A stretch of DNA of 63,283 nt, the filler included, from Atractiella rhizophila (Eukaryota), in NCBI GenBank assembly GCA_021432655.1. It is 12 parts of 12 records of this genome, joined end to end, with 100 filler letters (N's around TTAATTAATTAA, not from the genome) between each part and the next. Parts side by side here need not be neighbours in the genome. Positions count along the whole stretch, not along the records: positions 49,498 to 54,831 come from MU272380.1; positions 54,932 to 60,263 come from MU272381.1; positions 60,364 to 63,283 come from MU272387.1; 9 more parts are not named here. The stretch is one strand, 5' to 3'. Under the pieces are notes generated by a model. The model made no database searches and was not told the DNA's origin. It saw nothing but the letters and a program-made list of their open reading frames with translations. Positions 51,611 through 61,449 of this stretch are shown here, piece by piece (positions within the stretch are counted from its first letter, which is position 1; every line of letters begins with the position of its first letter). The position numbers and the translations under genes are program-made.

Positions 51611-53536
51611 CACTGCCAACTGAGTTTCAGACGTGAGGGCACTGTACACACGAAAGTAAGCAGATGGACGCACCTCTCTGCACTGGGTTTCGGCTGAGTC
51701 CAGACGCTGAGCCGTAATTTCGACCTATTGAAAGAAGCGTTCAGCGTCAATCTGCCTTTCCCATTCGCATCAGCTGCAATATGACCCGTGATTAAGACTC
51801 CTACATCTGGTCAGAGGCTTGGTTCAAGCTTGACACTAGTTGCCACAGATTGTCACTGAACGAGTGTTGATCTGTGCACGGCCGTTGAGGTTCGACAAAG
51901 TCTGAAAAGCTTCTCCCTCTTCTGTCTGCAGTTGCTTCTGCCCTGGTCGCGTTTGTTAGCATCTCCTTAAGGGAATGCATATCAATGACTTAGAGAAATA
52001 AAATATAGAATCATTTTTCTGGAGGGGTCATTTTCAGTGAACCACCTTCACCGGTGTCTTCATTCATGTCGATATTAATTTCTGCAATGTTATCGCTTTG
52101 AAAGAAATCAGAGGAGGATGAGACTCGAACCCAGGAGCTGTAGAACCAGTTTCGAAGAACTTGAGGGAATGACGACTGAGATAACGGTGCTCACCTGTTT
52201 TCTCATGATGCAACCACGTCTTTGTACCAGAGGGTTCAAATGACTTCAAAAGAATCAAAGTAGCTTAAATAAGCATTCTTCGTCCATTCCTCAATCCCCT
52301 GACTCCCTCATCAGTTGCAATAATGCGCGTTTGTCTCACTGTTCTATCTGTTTCTATCATTGTTCAGTACTGTCCAAATATTTCAAGCAGCGATTCTTCG
52401 TTGCATCATTTATAACCTATCCATTCCAACATATGCCATTCCGTCAAAGTTACCACATCTTTAACTCTATCGGCAAGTTCATAAAGTGTTCAATGATGTC
52501 TCTACGATTTTTCATCATTACACTCTTCTATATATCACTTGAATTTGTTTTGTTACTCTTCCAATTGACAAGTAAATCCTCAACGCAATCCTTTACGTTC
52601 ATATATGTTTCTGTTGTATTTTGTTTGTCGCTCTTCCCATCAAACAGCTCATTGATAAGTGAAAGGTTTTACATAACCCAAGCTGAAATCACAATGAAAT
52701 GATATAGATTAAACAGTACTATCAGACAAACAGGATGTACCAACATCAAACAGGCAAGGTTCATACAGTGAGTTGTGCTTTGGATAACTTCGTCTAATTG
52801 CAACGTTGCAGGTATACACAGGTAGATATTGGTGCTTACGGTCGTTTGTGCAAGCTGAGGATGGCGAACTTTGCTTTGTACTATAGAGCGAGGTGTGGGT
52901 TGTTGCACTTTGTAGTCGAAATAGAGGATGAAAGAAATGAATAACTAACTATTGCTTTGTTCGACTACAAAGCGCAAGACCCCGCTGAGAAAGGACGAAG
53001 CGCTCACCCTAACCGACGAGGATTTGGATAGTACGCTCTATAGACTTGGAGGAAGCAAGGGGACGGTGGGTGGGACTTAAAAAGAGGACACGTATGAAGA
53101 CTGCTCGCGAGTGAGGAGCAGCAGAACTGAGCGTGAGGCGATGGTCGACTTTGCTTGCAAGCAAAGTAAGCGCCTCACGTGCACAAACGCAACTTTCGCT
53201 TCTTTGTGCCTCACTTCACTACTTATGGTCTAGTTAATGCGTTGCAGTTAGCTCGAGACAGGCGCTGTAAGCTGGCAACAGCTGTATGCATTACAATGAC
53301 AAGGTAGTTGGCAGGTTGAGACTTACGGTGTAAGCCTACAACAGCAGTGTGCATTGCATAGACGGATAGGTTGACAGAAGCCAACTGGCGTTGTGAGGAG
53401 AGTGGATCCGTACACGGATCCACTGCGACAATGTGCGCAGTCGACATCGACAGAATGGGGCCGCCTAGCCGAAATTTTGGTCCGTGTCCAGATTTTCAAA
53501 ATTTGGCCGGACACAGGAGATTTTCAGTTGGCAGTG
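51611..53536. mobile_element. Non-autonomous or degenerate TIR DNA transposon, 1926 bp
   Basis: Perfect 13-bp TIRs CACTGCCAACTGA (51611-51623) and TCAGTTGGCAGTG (53524-53536), each flanked by TA (51609-10, 53537-38). Contains an internal decayed ORF and subterminal inverted repeats. Confidence 0.75.
52250..52682 (-). pseudogene. Stop-riddled coding relic inside the TIR element
   Basis: After a TTTCAG acceptor the frame reads AWVM*NLSLINELFDGKSDK...SSDI*KSVMMKNRRDIIEHFMNLPIELKMW*L*RNG..., with many in-frame stops. Confidence 0.55.
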
Positions 53537-54138
53537 TAGGGTAGAAATGATGAAAGATGAAATGAAGCAGCACGGCAGTGAACACAGATTCTTGTCATTC
53601 CCTGACCTTCTTTCTGGGAATTTGCATTCTGAGGACCTTCTATGTTGATCGAAAGTGTAACTTATGTTGATAATGACCCAAAGGGCATTTGTTACTTGGG
53701 ACAATCGAGGTCCACTCTCTAGAGCTGTTGCGTTGCACACAGGAGGCGGCGCGGCGAAAATTGGGATTGTGGAGGTAGGTACTTTGTTAAGGACATACAC
53801 TGGCTTAGGGCCTAGTTGATGGCTTACTCATGGATGCAGAGAAGAAGCCGTGCACTGCATAGCAGAGAGCATCAGAGAGACAATGCGCGTACCCCCTGTG
53901 GAATCGTTGTTAGAAATGCCAGGGAGACATTTACGATTCTCCTTGCCTGTCCACTGTTGCCGGCCCCTCGCCTAGGCAGCCTTAGCAATCTTGTCGCGTA
54001 CCCATAATGAATCAATGGTGACTGGTAATTGCTGCCTCCCAGAACAACCCAATTCTCGCGCTGAAGTTTTGAACAACTTTATGGTCAGGAGCATATAAAA
54101 GCTAGTTTCCTATCCTATGAGCTCCCACACGAGTTGAG

Positions 54139-54831
54139 ATGGCGAACTTGAACGATGAATTGNNNNNNNNNNNNNNNNNNNNNNNNNACTTACAGGTCGA
54201 TGGGCACAGGTCTGGGAGCTGTAGCCCTCAGCGACAAGGGTGTCTTCGCGTCCGCTTTTGCTGGCGTCTACTCCCCGACTGACTCTCGTCCATTGACGGA
54301 TGAGAGCACATTCTGGCTCGCTTCTGTTTCCAAGCTTCCTCTCGCACTCGTCGCCCTCATCCTCGTCGAGAAGTATAAGTTCGACATTGACAGTGTGGAG
54401 GATCTGGCTGCGTTAATTCCTGAATTCGATGCTGCGAGGGGAAAAGGCGCAGGAACGGTTTTTGGGGGTTGGGAGGAGGACGCGGAAGCTGGAAAGAAAC
54501 GGCCCATCTTGAAAGAACCGGAGAGGGGAATCACTCTGAGGCAACTGCTATTACAAACCGGAGGGTTCTGGATGCCCTTCACTTGGGAGGCAGGAGCAGA
54601 TTTGGTGAGATCACGCACTTTTATTGTGGCAAAATGTTGACGGAAGTGCAGGAAGACGCTAACGAGCCATATCTTACGTTCAAAATGCTCGATGTTCCTC
54701 GAGCTTTTGAAGCTGGCACGCAATTCCTGTGTGTCCCTGATTAGACATTGGTGGATGTAGGAATTGATGCTTCCTGGTAAATGGCTTAGGTATGGAAAGT
54801 GCTCGAACTGGGTGGCGGAATTCATCGAACG
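54139..54831 (+). CDS. Beta-lactamase-family serine hydrolase (3'-truncated; spans a small gap)
   Basis: SxxK motif FWLASVSKL; ITLRQLLLQTGG; FEAGT. TATAAAA at ~54094. Confidence 0.85.
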
Positions 54832-54931
54832 NNNNNNNNNNNNNNNNNNNNNNNNNNNNNNNNNNNNNNNNNNNNTTAATTAATTAANNNNNNNNNNNNN
54901 NNNNNNNNNNNNNNNNNNNNNNNNNNNNNNN

Positions 54932-55398
54932 GAGAGGAGAGGCTGACGCGGCAACAGGATGAAGGATCAGAGCTTTCGTTAGCTTGAAGACGAGTTTTCC
55001 GGTAACAGTGGATCCATTCACGGTAAGTTCGTCCAGCAAACCTGCCTTCTCTGTCAGCATAGTCGTCTCACTAACTCGAGAGATTCAAAAAATGCACCTT
55101 TGCTGTATCCAATGTTGCTATTCGTGCACACAGATTTGAATCCATATTGCCTAATGCAGTACCCGAACGATCCAAATGTGACTTTCACCGTCCCTGCCAC
55201 GTTTGTGCGGAAGGTGGCATTCTGGAAGAAGGCTTCCAGAAAGTAGAATCGCTTGACTTCGGGAGCTGTGATGGAAGCTATAACCAACAGCCCTGTTGCG
55301 GCTAGAGCATCGAACCTCTATCAAAGCAGTTTCTTTCATGGTCGAGAGACGAACATACAGAAAAGGAGAAAAATCCCAACGAAAGACAGCCCAGACAT
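54932..55398 (-). CDS. SUR7/PalI-family membrane protein, paralogue 1 (3'-truncated)
   Basis: MSGLSFVGIFLLF|SATGLLVIASITAPEVKRFYFLE...FGSFGYC...C...IGY ... LTKALILHPVAA. Confidence 0.8.
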
Positions 55399-55942
55399 CG
55401 TGAAATCCTGAAAGCGTTGCTACGATCGTCAAAAGTGTGCGGAAAAAGGGGACAGCGACTCAGAATCGTTCCTTCTTTATCGTCTGCCGGATACCCTGTT
55501 ATGGTCTTGAGCGGCAGTGTTGTGCAGTGGAGCCCTCGGTTGACAGTTTCCGTCGTTATCGAAGGATCCAGGAAGGAGGCGCTGCCAACCTAGCGGAATT
55601 ACGCCCATTTGCGACATCGCGCGACCGCTCGCAACAAAGGGAAACCTTTGTGACAGTTTGGAAAAGTTCACACCTGACGGAGCATACAATTTGATGCAGG
55701 TAAGCTTAATAAGAGTCTTGTTCATCGTCAACATACAATTGGAATTGATTAAATTTGGTATTATCATCTCGTTTATCGTTATTGCACAACGCCTTTTCTG
55801 TATCAAATCCCAACCTCAACAAACATCTGTAAGAACGAGACACAATTTATCACATGAAGATCAAAAAAATCTGAAACATTGAAATACACGAAGTTCAGGC
55901 ATTTCTCTGTCAAAAAGCCAATCTGAAAGTCCTTTCGAAAGC

Positions 55943-56833
55943 TTAGTACCTCTGCCACGGCCACCTTCTCCTCTCAGTCATGACGGGTGCGGGAGCCTCC
56001 CTTCGGCTAGCCCTTCTCCTCTTCAAGAAACCGAAGCAGACGAGGAAGGAAGCAAGGAAGGTGAGAATGACGGCGGTCATTACCATCCAGAAAGCGTTTC
56101 CTACAAGAATCGGAGATGAGATCGTGCAAGGACGAAGGGAAGGAAAGATCTGACGAACCTAGTTCCGTGGAGTCGTCGTCTACGTCGTTGATCCTGTTTC
56201 GGGCTGTAATGTAGAGCCCACAGTCGATCCCAAAAACAATTGCGCAGACGATGAACCCGACTGCTAGACGGTGAGCATGCAGTAACCTTGAGAAGCGGAA
56301 GACTAACGAAAAGCAATCGCTGATGCAAGTATATCTACAACGGGATTTGTGGAAAGGGCAAAGATGAAAGCTAGGAATGTGTAAGCTGAGTGTTCATTCT
56401 CAGTACGAATGCCAGCATACCAACAAAGGTGATCCCGGCAGCAATGGGATGCAAAATTTGCGCTTTCGTTAGTCCTCTGATCAACGCGGAAGCTAGTCTT
56501 CCATTGTCATTGATGTTGAGGAAGTCGAGATCGAGTCCGTATCCCAACTTTGCATGAGAACAAGTGGTCTCAAATCCACCAGGTGGGTTGATGCAGTATC
56601 TAGGTTCACACATCCTCTTAAGACCTGGATTCCTTTAAGGAGACTGGAACATACCCCCACATCCCAACCGTGAGCTTCGTCCTTCCAAAAGACTGCCCGG
56701 CGAATTCCACGCCATTGAAATGCGATTCGAGAAAGTAGAAACGTTTAACAACTGGCACAGAGATAGACGCAAGGACGAGCAAAATGGTTGCTCCAAGGAG
56801 GAAAATGATTCCGGGGATGTTTCCGACGGCCAT
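55943..56833 (-). CDS. SUR7/PalI-family membrane protein, paralogue 2
   Basis: PGIIFLLGATILLVLASISVPVVKRFYFL, VGMWG|YC...CSHAKLGY, LTKAQILHPIAAG, GNAFWMVMTAVILTF. Stop at 55943-55945. Confidence 0.85.
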
Positions 56834-57898
56834 TGTTCACGTTTATTTGAGTGATATAGAACACGGACTCGGACTGAAGAGTGGAGGGACTCGTTTGGGT
56901 CGACGTTAAAGGCGTGAGCAGGTCGTTAAAAGGAAAATTGGAGAATGAAGAAGGGAAGAAGGCTTTTATGAGGATGCCTTTGTCCCCTTTGGCTTCCAAG
57001 TCTCCTTGGAGATGCAGTGACCTGCATTGACGCAAGAATCCAAATGCTGTTGATCGTGACGCCAACCTGACCTGGAGCGATCGAGGACCATGCGGAGTAA
57101 GAACTTTTGGTAAATGTTTACAACAGTTTGGAAGGTATGATGTCATGGCAGACTCCGCACTCCGCATTTGCAGGGGATGGGTTGTATTGCTGAGCAGGTT
57201 GGAACACTAGGGGATCTTTACTAGACGGTCTAGATTTTCAACACTCAAAGTGCTCGCAACCTGGAAGTAATTCGCGTAAAACATGTCATGCATGAATGGA
57301 AATACGCTGCCAGCTTCACAGTAAGAGTCCTGCTTGCTGCTGAAGCGCTCAGCCTTTCGGTAGGCTCAGGCCACAGACTACTCTATGAAGGCTTGTAACT
57401 GGCCTCCAGCCTGAGCTGCTGGTGGCTAGAAATGTCTGGGTGGAATATGTAGCTTAGATGGATATATGGAAATGGAAATGGGTCATCCTTCGCTAGCAGG
57501 TCATCACCATCGCTCAAGAATGCCTGAGAACCAGATAATATAATTACTAACGGAGGAGGCTGTAATGCCTTTTTCAAGTCCACTGTTTTCTGAGCGATAA
57601 CGGCTTGATACTCAACTTGAAGAAGAGCCTGAGGAGCGGGTCACGGCATAAGAATGGACACACTGGCACTGTTTGATGGCATGTTATATCGCTATACCTG
57701 CTCCCAACATAGCTCATTTCATCCATATCAAGACTTTGAAGCCTAGCCTGAGCCTGAGTTTGAGATGAGGCAGACGCTGAGGCTGGTGTCATGGAAATTG
57801 GTCGCTTTTGATTCGCCCGGCGAAAGCCGGAATGATGTTTTGCCGGAGTTCGACCCCTTCGTGAAAACAACCACCAGCTCACATCCACTCGCTTCAAC

Positions 57899-58242
57899 AT
57901 GTCCACCTCCCTCGCCTCCTCTGCGTTCCGCGCTTTTCGCCCTAGCGCACGACCTGTACGTCTCCTTTTCTTGTGGGAAAAATGACCAGAAATTGATGAG
58001 CTGTTGTGCTTTTTCTTTCCATGTGGGATGCTTAGTTGGTGGCTACCTGTTCGAGGAGCATCTCGACTACCCCAGTTAACAAACTCGCTACCCCTGTTGG
58101 CGAAACGACAGCCAAGGCTCCGGTGTTGAAAACCTTCCAGATTTACCGATGGGTAAGTTGTACTCATCCTACGGATTGCAAGGTGGTTTATGAGGTGGTA
58201 TTGGTCGCGGTAGAACCCTGATAGGCCGACAGAGAAGCCTAA
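57899..58242 (+). pseudogene. 5' fragment of SDH2 (exons 1-2 and start of exon 3) in duplication copy 1
   Basis: [28 protein letters not shown]...[17 protein letters not shown], then breaks at the duplication junction. Confidence 0.75.
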
Positions 58243-58243
58243 A

Positions 58244-58446
58244 TCCTTTAAGGAGACTGGAACATACCCCCACATCCCAACCGTGAGCTTCGTCCTTCCA
58301 AAAGACTGCCCGGCGAATTCCACGCCATTGAAATGCGATTCGAGAAAGTAGAAACGTTTAACAACTGGCACAGAGATAGACGCAAGGACGAGCAAAATGG
58401 TTGCTCCAAGGAGGAAAATGATTCCGGGGATGTTTCCGACGGCCAT
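58244..58446 (-). pseudogene. 5' fragment of PalI paralogue 2 in duplication copy 2
   Basis: Exon 1 is identical to 56631-56833 and is truncated in intron 1 at the junction. Confidence 0.75.
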
Positions 58447-59500
58447 TGTTCACGTTTATTTGAGTGATATAGAACACGGACTCGGACTGAAGAGTGGAGG
58501 GACTCGTTTGGGTCGACGTTAAAGGCGTGAGCAGGTCGTTAAAAGGAAAATTGGAGAATGAAGAAGGGAAGAAGGCTTTTATGAGGATGCCTTTGTCCCC
58601 TTTGGCTTCCAAGTCTCCTTGGAGATGCAGTGACCTGCATTGACGCAAGAATCCAAATGCTGTTGATCGTGACGCCAACCTGACCTGGAGCGATCGAGGA
58701 CCATGCGGAGTAAGAACTTTTGGTAAATGTTTACAACAGTTTGGAAGGTATGATGTCATGGCAGACTCCGCACTCCGCATTTGCAGGGGATGGGTTGTAT
58801 TGCTGAGCAGGTTGGAACACTAGGGATCTTTACTAGACGGTCTAGATTTTCAACACTCAAAGTGCTCGCAACCTGGAAGTAATTCGCGTTAAACATGTCA
58901 TGCATGAATGGAAATACGCTGCCAGCTTCACAGTAAAGTCCTGCTTGCTGCTGAAGCGCTCAGCCTTTGGGTAGGCTCAGGCTACAGACTACTCTATGAA
59001 GGCTTGTAACTGACCTCCAGCCTGAGCTGCTGGTGGCTAGAAATGTCTGGGTGGAATATGTAGCTTAGATGGATCTATCGAAATGGAAATGGGTCATCCT
59101 TCGCTAGCAGGCCATCACCATCGCTCAGGAATGCCTGAGAACCAGATAATATAATAACTAGCGGAGGAGGCTGTGATGCCTTTTTTCAAGTCCACTGTTT
59201 TCTGAGCGATAACGGCTTGACACTCAACTTGAAGAAGAGGCTGACGCCTGAGGTGCAGGTCACGGCGCAAGAAAGGACACCCGCACTGTTGACGGCATTA
59301 TATCACTATACCTGCTCTCAACCTAGCTCATTTCAGGATTTTGAAGCCTAGCCCGAGCGTGGATTTGAGATGAGGGAGATGCTGAGGCTGTTGTGATGGA
59401 AATTGGTCGCTTTTGATTCGCCCGGCGAAAGCCGGAAGGATGTTTTGCCGGAGTTCGACCACTTGAAAACAACCACCAGTTCACATCCACTCGCTTCAAC

Positions 59501-60263
59501 ATGTCCACCTCCCTCGCCTCCTCTGCCTTCCGCGCCTTTCGTCCTAGCGCACGACCTGTATGTCCCCTTTCTTGTGGGAAAAATGACCAGAAATTGATGA
59601 GCTGTCGTGCTTTTTCTTTCCATGTGGGATGCTTAGTTGGTGGCTACCTGTTCGAGGAGCATCTCGACTACCCCAGCTAACAAACTCGCTACCCCTGTTG
59701 GCGAAACGACAGCCAAGGCTCCGGTGTTGAAAACCTTCCAGATTTACCGATGGGTAAGTTGCACTCATCCTACAGATTGCAAGGTGGTTTATGAGGTGGT
59801 ATTGGTCGCGGTAGAACCCTGATAGGCCGACAGAGAAGCCTAAGATGCAGAGCTATACGATTGATTTGAATGCTTGCGGTCCTATGATTTTGGATGCTCT
59901 AATCAAGATCAAGAATGAGATTGACCCCACTCTCACTTTCCGGTTCGTTCTCTCCTTCTACCTTACGGTGATGGAGTATTGAGAGAGTGTGTGTTGGAAT
60001 GGATAGACGGAGTTGCAGGGAGGGCATTTGCGGGAGCTGTGCGATGAATATTGAGGGTGGAAACACTTTGGCTTGCTTGAAGAGGATTGACAGGGACTCG
60101 TCCGGTGACATCAAAATCTACCCTCTCCCTCACAGTACGTTTTTCCACGCAACTTGTTGGGGACAACTTCAAATGATTTGTTGAACAGTGCACGTCGTTA
60201 AGGATCTGGTTCCCGACCTCACCCAGTTCTACAAACAATACAAGTCCATCGAACCATACCTCA
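59501..60263 (+). CDS. SDH2: Succinate dehydrogenase iron-sulfur subunit (3'-truncated)
   Basis: [49 protein letters not shown]...[34 protein letters not shown]. Confidence 0.97.
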
Positions 60264-60445
60264 NNNNNNNNNNNNNNNNNNNNNNNNNNNNNNNNNNNNN
60301 NNNNNNNTTAATTAATTAANNNNNNNNNNNNNNNNNNNNNNNNNNNNNNNNNNNNNNNNNNNNGCTGCAGACAGGTTGGTATTTGCGCAACGTTTTACTC
60401 TCACATCGATAAATCACCTCACGTTGAGCTTTACGCCACACAGAA

Positions 60446-61266
60446 ATGACCTTGGACCAGCACACATCTAGCTCATCACCTCTGATAGAGTTCATGCACA
60501 TCCTTGAGAACCTGAAGGTGTGTGCAAGCTTTACTACCCTCTCATTGTTTAAAGTAGGTCCTGTATATAGACGACAAAACGCGCTGGCTGGGTCAGAGAA
60601 GGCGTCAAAGAACCTGAATCGATTTCTGACCACATGCATCGTCCGTCTTTCATACTCTTTCATCCTCTCGAAAGATTAATCTAGATGCTGTTTTATCCTT
60701 CGCTAAGGCATGTCCATACTTTGTCTGCTGAGCGAGCGTACCGACATCGATATATCTAAGTCCGTATCCGCCTCCTTCCAGATCGACTACCTTTTTTATG
60801 TCCTTTCTCGAGATGTGTCCTCTTCGCCGTTGTCCACGACCTAGCAGAAGCCACGGTCGGAGATATCACACCAGCTGATGGTATTTCTCGAGAGGAGAAG
60901 ATGCAACGAGAGCGCTCAGCCATGCAACACTACAGCACGCTTCTTCCAAAGAGCGTGGGAGACCGCCTTTTCGGAATCTGGGAGGAGTATGAACGGATGG
61001 ACACACCGGAGGCAAGATTCGTGAAAGACATCGATCGGTTTGAACTCTTGCTTCAGACGGTAGAGTATGAGAAGAAGCAGGGTTTGAAGCATTTGAATAC
61101 GTTTTGGGATAGCACTGTTGGGAAAGTTGAAAATGAGGAGACGAAGAAGTGGACCAGGGAACTGTGAGGCCTCAATTTCTTTCTAGTTCCGAAATGCTTA
61201 CATCACTGACGGTACAGGGAACTGGAGAGAAACGTGTACAAAGCCACGTCGAAGGATCTCCTTTGA
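60446..61266 (+). CDS. HD-domain hydrolase (HDDC2/5'-deoxynucleotidase-like)
   Basis: LENLK|TTKRAGWV...ESISDHM, VHDLAEATVGDITP, WEEYE...TPEARFVKDIDRFELLLQ. Confidence 0.92.
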
Positions 61267-61449
61267 CAGTGTCTGACGTATGCCTCAGTGACATTCCCAT
61301 TTTACTTAGACAACCATTCAACAACCTTGTGTATTGTGTAGAAAGAATAACACAACTAAGACAATTGTGTGTACCTTTCTGAGCAAATCTATAATGGAGC
61401 ATGTCGAATCAGCTCGATCCCCCGCGACGTATGGAAAACTTCAAGATCA

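Larger units (their letters stand above)
56631..59843. repeat. Tandem direct duplication: copy 1 56631-58242, copy 2 58244-59843
   Basis: Both copies begin TCCTTTAAGGAGACTGG and end AGAGAAGCCTAA. The left parts are near-identical; the right halves differ by SNPs and small indels. Confidence 0.95.

Noticed and set aside
52115..52190. GGGTTCGAGTC T-loop-like motif on the minus strand (tRNA?)
   Set aside because: No acceptor stem, D arm or anticodon arm can be formed.
52881..53043. Telomerase-RNA-like layout: hairpin followed by ACCCTAACC (53006-53014, 1.5 telomere repeats)
   Set aside because: A 9-mer can occur by chance. It lies inside a TIR-bounded element, and only ~20 nt separate it from the enclosing helix, leaving no room for the pseudoknot.
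57574..58446. 290-aa ORF suggesting a novel PalI fusion protein
   Set aside because: It is PalI exon 1 read through its intron and the duplication junction into antisense SDH2/promoter sequence; there is no independent coding evidence.
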